From an uncultured Planctomycetaceae bacterium (lineage in GTDB: Bacteria; Planctomycetota; Phycisphaerae; SM23-33), in the NCBI GenBank assembly GCA_964642165.1, contig CAZXOC010000005.1:771-64770 (forward strand): a stretch of 64,000 nucleotides of DNA, given 5' to 3'. The notes beneath the pieces are model-generated. The model made no database searches. It had not been told where the DNA came from and was given only the letters and a program-made list of their open reading frames with translations. A program made the position numbers and the translations under genes. Every line of letters begins with the position of its first letter. The stretch's first letter is position 1. Positions 1-9,706 of the stretch are shown here, in pieces.

Positions 1-2406
1 GGCCTCGAAAGCGCCTTGTCGGGTCGGTACGCCGAGGGGCTGGCGCAGCTTCGGCGGGTGGCGAAGGTGAAGCCCGGCGATCCTATCGTCACCGAGGCCT
101 TGCCGTTGCTGGAAAGCTACCTCGAGCGCTGGGGACGGGCGGCGACGCAGCGGAACGAGGAGTACGAGGCCGCCGTGCTGCGCGTCGGTTGGTGCGGGAT
201 CGCCCAGGCCTACGTGGAGAAGGCCGACGCCGAGCAACTGAAGAAGCTGCGGGAGGCCGTCAACGACGTCGTGCGGGCCTACAACGACGCCGGCACGGCC
301 GACCAGCTTCACGACGCCGCGGACGCCGAGGCCGCCGAGCAGACGCGCAAGACGAGCATCGAGGCCCTCGGCAAGTCCATCGACGCGGCGAAGAAGGTCC
401 GCAAGCTCCTGACGGACGATGAGGCGGACTACGCGAAGACGTTCCGACCGGTCGTCGACGAGACGCGGAAGCTGCTGGACGAACACCGGCAGGCCTGGCG
501 GGAGGCGGTCACGGATGAGCCCCGGCAGTGGCGTTTGGCCTCCAGGCGGCTGAAGGTCCTGGAGTACCGGGAGAGCCAGGCGCTGACCGACCTGGAGAGC
601 ATGACGTTCGACAAGCCGTGGCGGATCGGCCTGGCGCAGGCCCGCCTGGCGCGAAGGCTCCTCGAGGACAAGGAGCGGCTGGCCGGGGAGAAGTGGTTCA
701 CGTCCCTGGTGGCGGCGACCGAGTCGCGGGGCGAGGGCTACGTCAAGGACGCCAACTGGGACGACGCCCTGAGCGCCTATGGCGCGCTGGAGGAGCTCCT
801 GCCCGACAGCGAGGAAGTGCAGACGACGGTCAAGACGGTCCAGCGGCACGTTCGCGTCCTGGGCCTGTACGGGCACAGCGACCCCAACGCCCAGCCCGAC
901 GACGGCAACGAACCGCTCTGGCGGCAGCTCGTCGAGAACGTCGACGTCGACATGGTCCGCAAGGCCATTCGCCAGCTCAACCAGGCGTACGTCTCCCCGA
1001 TCGACTACCGCAAGGTCATCCAGGGCGGGCTGCGGGGCATCAAGGTACTGGCCGAGACGCCCCAGGTCGCCCACACGTTCCCGGGCCTCAAGGACGACAC
1101 GAAGCGCGGCAAGTTCCTGAAGGCCATCGAGCTGCTGATCCGCGACGCGGAGGAGCGCGACCGCCTCGACGACGGCGACCTCGTGATCGCGCTGAACAGC
1201 GTGGTGGCGGCTTCCGATGAGACCGTGGACATCCCGGTCGGCGTGCTGGCGGTCGAGTTCACCGACGGGTTCCTGGACGAGCTGGATAAGTTCAGCGCGA
1301 TGATCTGGCCGCACAGCGTGCCGGACTTCGAGAAGCGGACGATGGGACGCTTCCACGGGGTGGGTATCCAGATCACGAAGGAGCCCGGCGAGCCCCTTCG
1401 CGTCGTCACGCCGCTGGTCGGCTCGCCCGCCTTCCGCGCCGGCATCAAGGCCGGAGACCTGATCGTCAAGGTCTCCTCCCCGCCCAAGACCCCCAAGCAG
1501 GGCGTGCGGACCGAGAAGCTGCCCATCGACAAGCTCGTCGACCTGATCATGGGCAAGCAGGGGACGAAGGTCTGCTTGACCATCAAGCGCGGCGGCCGCG
1601 AAAAGGACTACACGATCATCCGCGACAAGATCCACATCCGCACGGTCAAGGGATGGCAGCGCGAGCCCAAGAGCGGGCAGTGGGACTACTTCCTCGATCC
1701 CGGGGCGAAGATCGGCTACCTCCGTCTGACGCAGTTCACGGACCAGACGGCCGGAAACCTCGCCGCCGCGCTGCGGCAGATGAAGGCCGACGGCGCACGC
1801 TCCGTCGTGCTGGACCTGCGCTTCAACCCGGGCGGGCTGCTTCGCTCCGCGGCGAAGGTGGCCGACGAGTTCCTCTACGCCGGGCGCATCGTCTCCACCC
1901 GCGGGCGGCGCGGCAGGCAGCTCGCCGAGCTCAAGGCCAGTCCCGTCGGGCAGTTCCTCGACGGGGACCTCGTCGTGCTGGTCAACCAGTACAGCGCGTC
2001 GGCCGCCGAGATTGTCTCCGGAGCGCTGAAGGACTGGAAGCGCGCCCGGATCGTCGGCCAGCGCACCTACGGTAAGGGCAGCGTGCAGCACGTGATGTCC
2101 ATCCGGGACCACCGGGCGCTGCTGAAGCTGACCACGGCGTACTACTACCTGCCCCGCGGGCGCCTGCTCCACAGGAAGAACGGCGCGAAGGACTGGGGCG
2201 TCGACCCGGACGTCGAGGTGATGGTCACGCCGAACCAGATGCGGCAGTGGCTGGACATCCGCCGGAAGACCGACATCGTGCAGGAAGTGAACGAGCAGCA
2301 GCTCCGGGAGGAGCTGGTCAGGCAGTACGACTCCGACTTGCAGCTCAACACGGCGGTGTTGATGCTGAAGCTGATGCAGCTTCGGGATCGCAGCGCCGCG
2401 GCGTGA
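1..2406 (+). CDS. S41-family C-terminal processing (tail-specific) peptidase with PDZ domain; probably 5'-partial at window edge
   Basis: The track ORF is 16..2406 (TTG), but the frame stays open back to base 1. There is no signal peptide and no ATG near the start, so the gene probably begins upstream. PDZ-like 'AFRAGIKAGDLIVKV'. S41 core motifs 'LDLRFNPGGLL', 'NQYSASAAEIVSGALKD', 'GQRTYGKGSVQ'. Confidence 0.85.
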   Translation, partial: GLESALSGRYAEGLAQLRRVAKVKPGDPIVTEALPLLESYLERWGRAATQRNEEYEAAVLRVGWCGIAQAYVEKADAEQLKKLREAVNDVVRAYNDAGTADQLHDAADAEAAEQTRKTSIEALGKSIDAAKKVRKLLTDDEADYAKTFRPVVDETRKLLDEHRQAWREAVTDEPRQWRLASRRLKVLEYRESQALTDLESMTFDKPWRIGLAQARLARRLLEDKERLAGEKWFTSLVAATESRGEGYVKDANWDDALSAYGALEELLPDSEEVQTTVKTVQRHVRVLGLYGHSDPNAQPDDGNEPLWRQLVENVDVDMVRKAIRQLNQAYVSPIDYRKVIQGGLRGIKVLAETPQVAHTFPGLKDDTKRGKFLKAIELLIRDAEERDRLDDGDLVIALNSVVAASDETVDIPVGVLAVEFTDGFLDELDKFSAMIWPHSVPDFEKRTMGRFHGVGIQITKEPGEPLRVVTPLVGSPAFRAGIKAGDLIVKVSSPPKTPKQGVRTEKLPIDKLVDLIMGKQGTKVCLTIKRGGREKDYTIIRDKIHIRTVKGWQREPKSGQWDYFLDPGAKIGYLRLTQFTDQTAGNLAAALRQMKADGARSVVLDLRFNPGGLLRSAAKVADEFLYAGRIVSTRGRRGRQLAELKASPVGQFLDGDLVVLVNQYSASAAEIVSGALKDWKRARIVGQRTYGKGSVQHVMSIRDHRALLKLTTAYYYLPRGRLLHRKNGAKDWGVDPDVEVMVTPNQMRQWLDIRRKTDIVQEVNEQQLREELVRQYDSDLQLNTAVLMLKLMQLRDRSAAA

Positions 2407-2417
2407 GGGCCCCAGCC

Positions 2418-3785
2418 GTGCGGCGCCGTTGGGCCCTGGCGACGCTGGCGGGGCTTGTCGGCTGCCGTGCCGAGGTGCCCGCTACGCCGCATGCCCGCGC
2501 GCCGGTGCCCATCCCCGTGGCGGTCAAGCCGTTCCGCATGGCTCGACCGGACGTCGTCCTGCTGGTCACGGGCGGGACCAACGGCATGCTGGAGGTCTGC
2601 AACTGCCGCGGGCCCATGCCGGGCGGGCTCGCGCGGCGCAGCGGGCTGGTCCGGAGCTACCGCGCCGCCTTCGGCAATACCCTCCTGATCGACACCGGCG
2701 ACGCGTTCTGGGTCGAGCCGAACGACCTCCGCAACGAGTTCCTGCTCAAGGGCTACGCGCAGATCGGCTATGACGCGGTCGTGCTGGGCGACCAGGAGTG
2801 GGCCGCCGACAGCCGCCGCCTGGCCAGGCTGCAAGCCGCGACCGGGCTGACCTACCTGTCGACGAACGTTTCGGCCGACGGCGTGGAGACGGTTCCCCTC
2901 GTTCGACGGGAGGTCGGCGGCACCCGCGTGGCGATCCTGTCGGACGTTCCGAGGGATTCCTTCCACTTCGTGCCCGGCGAACGGGTCGCGCAGCTTGGCA
3001 TGTCGGGCTCGGCCGCGGTGGGCGACCGCATCGCCGAGCTCAAGAAGGCCGGGTTCCTCGTCGTCCTGGTCGCGCACATGGGCAGCGAGGCCCTGGAGGC
3101 CTGTGCCCCCGCCTCCGCGGCCGATCTGATCCTCCGGGGCCACACCACGCGCTCCGAGCCGAAGCTCCTCCGCATCGGCGGCAAGCCCGTCGTGAAGGTC
3201 GGCGGCTCCGAGACGGTCGGCGCCGTGGCCCTGAAGGTCCGCGACGGCCGCATCGCCGAGATGGACTACCGCGTCGAGGTGGTCGACACGTCGTGGCCGT
3301 TGGACAAGCGGCTGATCCAGACGTACCAGGCCTACGCCCACGCGGCCATGCGCCGCGCCCTGGACGCCGAACGGAAGGCGGGCCTGCAGTACGTTCCCTC
3401 GGCCGTATGCGGCCGCTGCCATCGCGCCCCGTATGCCGCGTGGAAGGCCGGGCCGCACGCCCGGGCCTACAAGACGCTCCAGCGGGTCCGGCGCACGGGC
3501 GATCCGAACTGCCTCATGTGCCACACGAGCGGCTTCGGCACGAAGCAGGGCTTCCGCACGTTCGCGAAGACGCCGCGGCTGGCGGGCGTCAACTGCCAGG
3601 ACTGCCACCGCTTCAACGAGCCCGAGCATCACCGCAAGGGCTTCCGCTTCCCGCCGGTGAGCAAGGACGTCTGCACCACCTGCCACACGCCCGTGACCGA
3701 TCCGAAGTTCCAGTACGGCAAGAGGCTCCCCAAGGTCCGCTGCCCGCCGGCTCGCGCGGCTTCGGCCGAGCGCAACTCCTCGTGA
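2418..3785 (+). CDS. Lipoprotein: degenerate UshA/calcineurin-like phosphoesterase domain fused to a tetrahaem c-type cytochrome
   Basis: GTG 2418, in frame with track ORF 2247..3785, gives the lipobox signal 'RRRWALATLAGLVGC'. The upstream ORF extension overlaps the peptidase gene. Phosphoesterase-like blocks are 'LLIDTGDAFW', 'AVVLGDQEW', 'LVAHMG', 'LRGHT', but the first metal motif is replaced by 'GMLEVCNC'. The C-terminus has four CXXCH sites: CGRCH, CLMCH, CQDCH, CTTCH. Confidence 0.75.
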   Translation: MRRRWALATLAGLVGCRAEVPATPHARAPVPIPVAVKPFRMARPDVVLLVTGGTNGMLEVCNCRGPMPGGLARRSGLVRSYRAAFGNTLLIDTGDAFWVEPNDLRNEFLLKGYAQIGYDAVVLGDQEWAADSRRLARLQAATGLTYLSTNVSADGVETVPLVRREVGGTRVAILSDVPRDSFHFVPGERVAQLGMSGSAAVGDRIAELKKAGFLVVLVAHMGSEALEACAPASAADLILRGHTTRSEPKLLRIGGKPVVKVGGSETVGAVALKVRDGRIAEMDYRVEVVDTSWPLDKRLIQTYQAYAHAAMRRALDAERKAGLQYVPSAVCGRCHRAPYAAWKAGPHARAYKTLQRVRRTGDPNCLMCHTSGFGTKQGFRTFAKTPRLAGVNCQDCHRFNEPEHHRKGFRFPPVSKDVCTTCHTPVTDPKFQYGKRLPKVRCPPARAASAERNSS

Positions 3786-3915
3786 CGACCCCGCCCCAAC
3801 AGCTCGCGACCGACGCCGCGGGTGCTGCCGCGAACTGCTTGAAAGCCGCCGCGCAGGCGATAGCATCGGTGGCGCCATGCGGCCGGCAATCTCGCCGCGT
3901 AAGGGAGTAGCAGGT

Positions 3916-5235
3916 ATGGGCGAAAAGAGACGGTACGCGCAGGTCGGCTGCGGCGGGCGCAGTGGGATGTACACCAAGGCCATCTGCCGGACGTACCCCG
4001 AGACGTGCGAGATCGTCGGCATCTGCGACCGCAACGAAGGCCGCATGCGCGTCAAGAACGAGCAGATCGCCTCCTTCGGCGGCCGGCCCGTGCCGATGTA
4101 CCCGGCCGAGGACTTCGACCGGATGATCGCCGAGACCCGCCCGGACCACGTCATCGTGACGACCGGCCCGGACGTGACGCACAGCGACTACATCGTCCGC
4201 ACGATGGAGCTCGGCGTCGACGTGGTCACGGAGAAGCCCATGACCACCGACGAGGTTCGCTGCCGGAAGATCCTCCGGACGATCCGCGACACCGGCCGGC
4301 ACTGCCAGGTGACGTTTAACTACCGCTACGCGCCGCACCGCAGCCAGGTGAAGGAGATCCTCGACTCCGGGGCGATCGGGAAGGTGCTGAGCGTGGATTT
4401 CTGCTGGCCGCTCGATACGCGGCACGGGGCGGACTACTTCCGCCGCTGGCACCGCATGCGCGGCAACTCCGGATCGCTGCTGGTGCACAAGGCCACCCAC
4501 CACTTCGACCTGGTCAACTGGTGGATCGACGACCGCCCGGAGGAGGTCTTCTGTCATGCCAGCCGGCAGTACTACGTGCCCGCCACGGCCGAGCGGCTGG
4601 GACTGGCCGACCACGGCGAACGCTGCCTCGACTGCCCCGTGAAGGACGCCTGCCCGTTCTACCTGGACCTGGCCGGCAACGAGCACCTCAAGAAGCTCTA
4701 CCTGGACCACGAGCAGGAGGACGGCTACTTCCGCGATCGCTGCGTCTTCGCGCCGGAGATCGACATCTGGGACAACATGTCGGTGACGGTGCGGTATCGC
4801 CGCGGCGCCGTGATGAGCTACTTCCTGCACTCCTCCTCTCCGTGGGAAGGCTACCAGATCGCCTTCAACGGCTCGAAGGGGCGGCTGGAGCACGGCTCGG
4901 CGCAGTTCTCCTACATCAGCGGGGCCGACGAGGAAGCCCCCGGCGAGCTGAAGAAGGAGGGCACCTACGTCACGCTGATGCCGCACTTCACCCCGCCCGA
5001 GGAGTTCCAGGCCGTCCCCGTCCGCACGGCCGCGGGCGGGCACGGTGGGGGGGACGACCCGCTTCTGGCCGACATCTTCGATCCCGACGCCCCGCCCGAC
5101 CCGCTGCACCGCAAGGCCGACCACGTCGATGGGGCCTACTCGATCCTGGTGGGGGTGGCCGCCTACCACAGCATCGACACCGGGCAGGCCGTCCGGATCG
5201 CCGACCTCCTCGGCGATGCGCCCATCGAAGACTGA
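3916..5235 (+). CDS. Gfo/Idh/MocA family oxidoreductase
   Basis: ATG 3916 (M14 of track ORF 3877..5235) is preceded by AAGGGAG at 3901-3907. Rossmann N-terminus 'YAQVGCGGRSGMY'. 'VIVTTGPDVTHSDYIVRTMELGVDVVTEKPM' is typical of the family. Confidence 0.85.
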   Translation: MGEKRRYAQVGCGGRSGMYTKAICRTYPETCEIVGICDRNEGRMRVKNEQIASFGGRPVPMYPAEDFDRMIAETRPDHVIVTTGPDVTHSDYIVRTMELGVDVVTEKPMTTDEVRCRKILRTIRDTGRHCQVTFNYRYAPHRSQVKEILDSGAIGKVLSVDFCWPLDTRHGADYFRRWHRMRGNSGSLLVHKATHHFDLVNWWIDDRPEEVFCHASRQYYVPATAERLGLADHGERCLDCPVKDACPFYLDLAGNEHLKKLYLDHEQEDGYFRDRCVFAPEIDIWDNMSVTVRYRRGAVMSYFLHSSSPWEGYQIAFNGSKGRLEHGSAQFSYISGADEEAPGELKKEGTYVTLMPHFTPPEEFQAVPVRTAAGGHGGGDDPLLADIFDPDAPPDPLHRKADHVDGAYSILVGVAAYHSIDTGQAVRIADLLGDAPIED

Positions 5236-5295
5236 GCCGCCTGCCACAAAAGGGGCTGAGATCCCGAAAGCGCCGTTTCTTTGGCGAAACGCGCG

Positions 5296-5325
5296 TTGAC
5301 TTGCGGCAACATGCCGCTGTAGAGT
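5296..5325 (+). promoter_or_regulatory. Candidate sigma-70-type promoter for the kinase/regulator pair
   Basis: TTGACT (5296-5301), an 18-bp spacer, then TAGAGT (5320-5325), lying 16 nt upstream of ATG 5341 in a 105-bp intergenic gap. This is a pattern match only. It implies a very short leader with no SD. Confidence 0.3.
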
Positions 5326-5340
5326 GGCAACACATTTCGC

Positions 5341-6453
5341 ATGGGAACCGATCCGCAAGAACTGATCCGGCTCGTCCTTGACGCACTGCCGCAGGCGGCG
5401 CTGGTGGTCCGCCGGGACGGGAAGGTTCTCCTGCGGAACGCCGCGGCCGAGGCGATGCTGTCCGCCGGCGAGCAGGTCGAGCCCCTGCTGGACCGGGGCC
5501 ACGGCTCGGAGGTCCACTGGGAGACGGAGATGACCGCCTTGGCCGAGGGCGCCGGGCGGGTGATCCGCCGGAACCTGGCCCTGACGGGCCGGGGCAGCCG
5601 GCGGCTGCTCGTTGATGTCTACCTGAGGGACATGGGCTGGCGGCTTCCCATGGGGCGCAGCGCGCCCGGCGGGGAAGGCCCGGCGGACCCCTGCGACGGC
5701 CAGCCGTGCGTCCTGATGCTCGTGGAGGATATCTCCGGGCGCAGGTCGATGCAGCGCCGCGTGGCCGCAGGGGAGCGGCTGGCGGCGGCCGGGGCCTTGG
5801 CGGCGCGGGTCGCCCACGAGCTGAACAACCCCCTCGACGGCGTGCTGCGCTTCGTCGGCCTGGCCGAGCGACTGGCCAATGCGGAGGCGGGCAAGTACCT
5901 CGCCAGCGCGCGCGAGGGGCTGATGCGGATGGCGGGGATCATCCGGGGTCTGCTGGAGCAAGGCCGCCCGTGGCAGGCCGCCGGCGAGCGGGCGCCCGTT
6001 CGCCGTCTGCTGGACGAGGCCATCACCGCGATGCACCCGCGCGCCCAGAGCCTCGGGGTGGCGATCGTCTGCGACCTGGACGATGCCGTGGAGGGCCTGG
6101 CCGAGGGCACCGTCTTCCAGGTCTTCTGCAACGTCATCAAGAACGCACTGGATGCGATGCCCAACGGGGGCATGCTCCAGATCCGCCTGGCCCCGGCGGC
6201 CGACGGCTGCGACATCGAGTTCAGCGACACGGGCTGCGGGCTGACGGACGCCGAGGCCGAGCGAATCTTCGAGCCGTTCTACACGACCAAGCCCCCGGCG
6301 GAGGGCTGCGGACTGGGGCTGGCGATCTGCCGGGAGATCGTCGGCCGCCTGGGCGGGACGATCTCGGCCCGGGGCCGGAGCAGCGGCGGGGTGACCGTGG
6401 CGGTGCGCCTGCCGTTGGAGCCCCCTTGGAAAGCCACGGCGCAGGAAAAGTGA
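5341..6453 (+). CDS. Cytoplasmic PAS-type sensor histidine kinase
   Basis: H-box 'AARVAHELNNPLDGV', N-box 'NVIKNALDAM', G1 'FSDTGCGL', G2 'GCGLGLAICREIV'. PAS-like N-terminal half. No obvious transmembrane segment. Confidence 0.85.
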   Translation: MGTDPQELIRLVLDALPQAALVVRRDGKVLLRNAAAEAMLSAGEQVEPLLDRGHGSEVHWETEMTALAEGAGRVIRRNLALTGRGSRRLLVDVYLRDMGWRLPMGRSAPGGEGPADPCDGQPCVLMLVEDISGRRSMQRRVAAGERLAAAGALAARVAHELNNPLDGVLRFVGLAERLANAEAGKYLASAREGLMRMAGIIRGLLEQGRPWQAAGERAPVRRLLDEAITAMHPRAQSLGVAIVCDLDDAVEGLAEGTVFQVFCNVIKNALDAMPNGGMLQIRLAPAADGCDIEFSDTGCGLTDAEAERIFEPFYTTKPPAEGCGLGLAICREIVGRLGGTISARGRSSGGVTVAVRLPLEPPWKATAQEK

Positions 6454-6455
6454 TC

Positions 6456-7862
6456 ATGAAGACGATCCCCGAGCCGGCCACGGCGAGCAAGACGAGCATC
6501 CTCCTGGTGGACGACGACCAGATCATCCTGGACAGCCTGGGCGGCTTCCTGGAGCTGGAAGGCTACGGCGTGGCCGCCGTCAGCACGATCGCCCAGGCCA
6601 TCGAGTGCCTGAAGGCCTCCGCCGTCAGCCTGGTCATCACCGACGTGTCCATGCCCACGAGCGACGGTTTCGAGTTGCTCCGCTACGTCCGGTCGAACCA
6701 TGAGGACGTGGTGGTGATCCTGGTGACGGGCTACGGGACGATCGAGTCGGCCGTCGAGGCGATCAAGCAGGGCGCGTACGACTACCTGACCAAGCCGATC
6801 ATCGACGACGACGTTCGGATGGCGGTCCAGCGGGCGCTGCAGCAGCAGCAGCTCCTGGCCGAGAATCGCCAGCTCAAGCAGGCCCTGTCGGACCGCTACA
6901 GCTTCGAGAACATCATCGGGCAGGACTACCGGATGGCGAAGGTGTTCGAGCTGATCGAGGCCGTCGCCGACAGCCGGACCACCGTCCTGATCACCGGCGA
7001 AAGCGGCACGGGCAAGAGCCTGATCGCGCGGGCGATCCACGCGCACTCGCCGCGCCACCACGAGGCGTTCGTGGAGGTCGCCTGCGGCGCCCTGCCCGAC
7101 ACGCTGCTGGAGAGCGAGCTGTTCGGGCACGTCCGGGGCGCCTTCACGCACGCCGTCAGCGACAAGCCGGGGAAGTTCAGCGCCGCCGACCGGGGGACGA
7201 TCTTCCTGGACGAGGTCGCCACGGCCAGCCCGCAGCTCCAGGTCAAGCTCCTCCGCGTCCTCCAGGAGCGCCAGTTCGAGCCCATCGGCTCCAACCAGAC
7301 CCAGGAGGTGGACGTGCGGGTGATCCTGGCGACGAACCACGACCTCCGCGCCGAGGTCCAGGCCTCACGCTTCCGCGAGGACCTCTACTACCGCATCGAC
7401 GTCGTGAACGTCGCCCTGCCCCCTCTCCGCGAGCGGATCGGCGACATCCCCGTCCTCACCGAGCACTTCCTCCGGAAGTACCTCCAGGACACCACCCGGC
7501 GGATCGAGGGCTTCTCGCCCGAGGCCGTCGAGGTCATGCATCGCTACCCCTGGCCGGGCAACGTCCGCGAGCTGGAGAACTGCGTCGAGCGCGCCGTCGT
7601 CCTGTGCCGCAGCCCCCTGATCGGCGTCGACGACCTGCCGCCCGCTGTCCTTCAGGTCACCAGCGTTCCGGCCGGACAGGCCACGCTCTCCGGCGAGCCA
7701 CTGACCCTCAACCGGGCGCTTCAGGGTCCCGAAAAGCAGATCATCCTCCACGCCCTCCAGGCCCACGGCGGCAACCGGCAGGCCACCGCCGCCTCGCTGG
7801 GCATCAACCGCACCACCCTCTACAAGAAGATGAAGAAGTACGACCTCATGGACGTGGTGTGA
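6456..7862 (+). CDS. NtrC-family sigma-54-dependent response regulator (REC + AAA+ + Fis HTH)
   Basis: ATG 6456 lies 2 nt after the kinase stop (internal to track ORF 5706..7862). REC 'ILLVDDD...VITDVSMP'. Walker A 'GESGTGKS', 'ESELFGH', GAFTGA-loop variant 'GAFTHA'. C-terminal HTH 'NRQATAASLGINRTTLYKKMKKY'. Confidence 0.9.
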   Translation: MKTIPEPATASKTSILLVDDDQIILDSLGGFLELEGYGVAAVSTIAQAIECLKASAVSLVITDVSMPTSDGFELLRYVRSNHEDVVVILVTGYGTIESAVEAIKQGAYDYLTKPIIDDDVRMAVQRALQQQQLLAENRQLKQALSDRYSFENIIGQDYRMAKVFELIEAVADSRTTVLITGESGTGKSLIARAIHAHSPRHHEAFVEVACGALPDTLLESELFGHVRGAFTHAVSDKPGKFSAADRGTIFLDEVATASPQLQVKLLRVLQERQFEPIGSNQTQEVDVRVILATNHDLRAEVQASRFREDLYYRIDVVNVALPPLRERIGDIPVLTEHFLRKYLQDTTRRIEGFSPEAVEVMHRYPWPGNVRELENCVERAVVLCRSPLIGVDDLPPAVLQVTSVPAGQATLSGEPLTLNRALQGPEKQIILHALQAHGGNRQATAASLGINRTTLYKKMKKYDLMDVV

Positions 7863-7951
7863 CCGCCCCGAGCGGGCCTTGTCACGTTGCCCCGGCCTGT
7901 GTAGGGTCCGCGGGACCGTCTGCGATTGTCTCCAGATCGAGGGAGCCAGGC

Positions 7952-9664
7952 ATGTTGAGGACGTTCGTGCAGCACGATGCGCGGCCGGTGGAGTCGCTCT
8001 GTGGCTGGTGGGAGATGGTCACCGCCCCGGAGCGGACAGGCCGGTCAAAGCTGCCGCGGCGGTACAGCCGACTCACCCACGTGCCCGGTGCCTGGGAGCA
8101 GTTGCCGGGGCTGGAGAGCTACCGCGGCCGGGCGTGGCTGCGGACGGAGATCCCCGGCGGCGGGGAGCAAGCGGTGCGGCTGGTGTTCGGCGGGGTGAGC
8201 CACACGGCCGACGTGTACGTCGACGGCCGGCACGTCGGGCACCACTACGACGCCTTCACGCCCTTCGCGGTGGTGGTGCCCGGCCTCGACGAGGAAGCCC
8301 ACGAGCTGGTCGTGCGGGTGGACAACCGCTTCGGCGAGGACTCGGCCCTGCACAAGGCCAACGACTACTACACCTACGGCGGCATCACGCGCCCGGTGGA
8401 GATGCAGCTCGTGCCCGAGGTCTACATCGACAAGCTCTTCGCCACGCCCGTCCGCCGAGGCTCGCGCTGGGAGCTGCTCGTCCGCGTCCGCCTGGCCAAC
8501 TGGAGCCGGCAGAAGCTCCGCCGCAGCGTCGTCGTCGCCGTCGAGGACGCCTTCCTGGACCTCGGCGCGGCGGTCGTCCCCGCCGGCGGGACCGTCGAGC
8601 TGACCGGGCGCCTGCGCGGGCTGGACGTCGAACCGTGGAGCCCGGCCTCGCCCGCGCTGTACCCCCTCGAGGCGCTGCTGTTCGACGGCGAGGAGCTCGA
8701 GGATGACCTCGTCGATCGCGTGGGCTTCCGCGAGGTGAAGGTCCGCGGCCGCAAGCTGCTGCTGAACGGCCGGCCCATCCGACTGCGCGGCTACAACCGC
8801 CACGAGGACCACGGGCAGTTCGGCTGCGCCATCCCGCTGGAGGCGATGGTGACCGACCTGGAGCTCCTCCGCGACCTGGGCTGCAACTTCGTCCGAACGT
8901 GTCACTATCCCAACGACATGCGGTTCCTGGACCTGTGCGACGAACTGGGCGTGTGCGTCTGGGAGGAATCGCACGCCCGCGCGGTGGACCTTGCCCATCC
9001 GAAGTTCCGCGAGCAGATCGCCGCTTCGACCACCGAGATGATCGAGTGGCACTGGAATCGCCCGTCGGTCGTCCTGTGGGGCTGCCTGAACGAGTGCGAC
9101 TCCGTTTCGCGGCCGGGCCGAAGGGAGCACCGGCGCGTCATCGAGCTGATCAAGGGCCTCGATCGCTCGCGCCCGGTGACGTTCGCCTCCAACAAGGCCG
9201 AGGACGACGTCTGCCTCGACCTGGTGGACGTCGTCTCGTGGAACCGCTACGTCGGCTGGTACCACGGCGGGCCGGGCGAGGTCGGCGCCGACTTGAAGCG
9301 TCTGCTGAAGTGGCTGCACTCCGACGCCAGCGGCGGCAAGGGCAAGCCGGTGATCCTGAGCGAGTTCGGCGCCGGCGCGATCCCCGGTTGCCGCCACCCG
9401 AGCCACGTGAAGTGGACCGAGGAGTACCAGTGCGAGGTGCTGGACGCCCAGCTCGCGGTGTACCTCAACGACCCGAACGTCGTGGGCTGCACGATCTGGC
9501 AGTTCTGCGACGGCCGCGTCACGCCGGACGGGCGCCGGTTCGGCACCCGCCCTCGAACGATGAACAACAAGGGCACCGTCGACGAGTACCGCCGCCCCAA
9601 GCTCGCCTACGACACCGTCCGCCGCCGCATGCGCGAAGCCGCCGAGCGCTGGGACAAGGCGTGA
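7952..9664 (+). CDS. Glycoside hydrolase family 2, beta-glucuronidase/beta-galactosidase-like
   Basis: ATG 7952 lies inside track ORF 7604..9664. Motifs: 'VFGGVSHTADVYVDGRHVGHHYDAFTPF', 'NRHEDH', 'CNFVRTCHYPND', acid/base 'VLWGCLNE', nucleophile region 'VILSEFGAGA'. Confidence 0.85.
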   Translation: MLRTFVQHDARPVESLCGWWEMVTAPERTGRSKLPRRYSRLTHVPGAWEQLPGLESYRGRAWLRTEIPGGGEQAVRLVFGGVSHTADVYVDGRHVGHHYDAFTPFAVVVPGLDEEAHELVVRVDNRFGEDSALHKANDYYTYGGITRPVEMQLVPEVYIDKLFATPVRRGSRWELLVRVRLANWSRQKLRRSVVVAVEDAFLDLGAAVVPAGGTVELTGRLRGLDVEPWSPASPALYPLEALLFDGEELEDDLVDRVGFREVKVRGRKLLLNGRPIRLRGYNRHEDHGQFGCAIPLEAMVTDLELLRDLGCNFVRTCHYPNDMRFLDLCDELGVCVWEESHARAVDLAHPKFREQIAASTTEMIEWHWNRPSVVLWGCLNECDSVSRPGRREHRRVIELIKGLDRSRPVTFASNKAEDDVCLDLVDVVSWNRYVGWYHGGPGEVGADLKRLLKWLHSDASGGKGKPVILSEFGAGAIPGCRHPSHVKWTEEYQCEVLDAQLAVYLNDPNVVGCTIWQFCDGRVTPDGRRFGTRPRTMNNKGTVDEYRRPKLAYDTVRRRMREAAERWDKA

Positions 9665-9706
9665 CGCGCCGCGCGCCGCGCCGCTCCGGGCAGGCGCATC
9701 CGAGCC

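Noticed and set aside
5322-5338. Sigma-54 promoter-like TGGCAACACATTTCGCA just upstream of the kinase gene
   Set aside because: The GG-to-GC spacing is 11 nt rather than the required 10, the -12 element is TCGC rather than TTGC, and the motif ends 3 nt before the ATG.
2145-6036. Minus-strand ORFs 2145..4154 (669 aa) and 3613..6036 (807 aa)
   Set aside because: They are antisense to the cytochrome, Gfo/Idh/MocA and kinase genes, all of which show clear family motifs. Their composition is low-complexity and Arg/Pro/Gly-rich, and they have no RBS or signal features.
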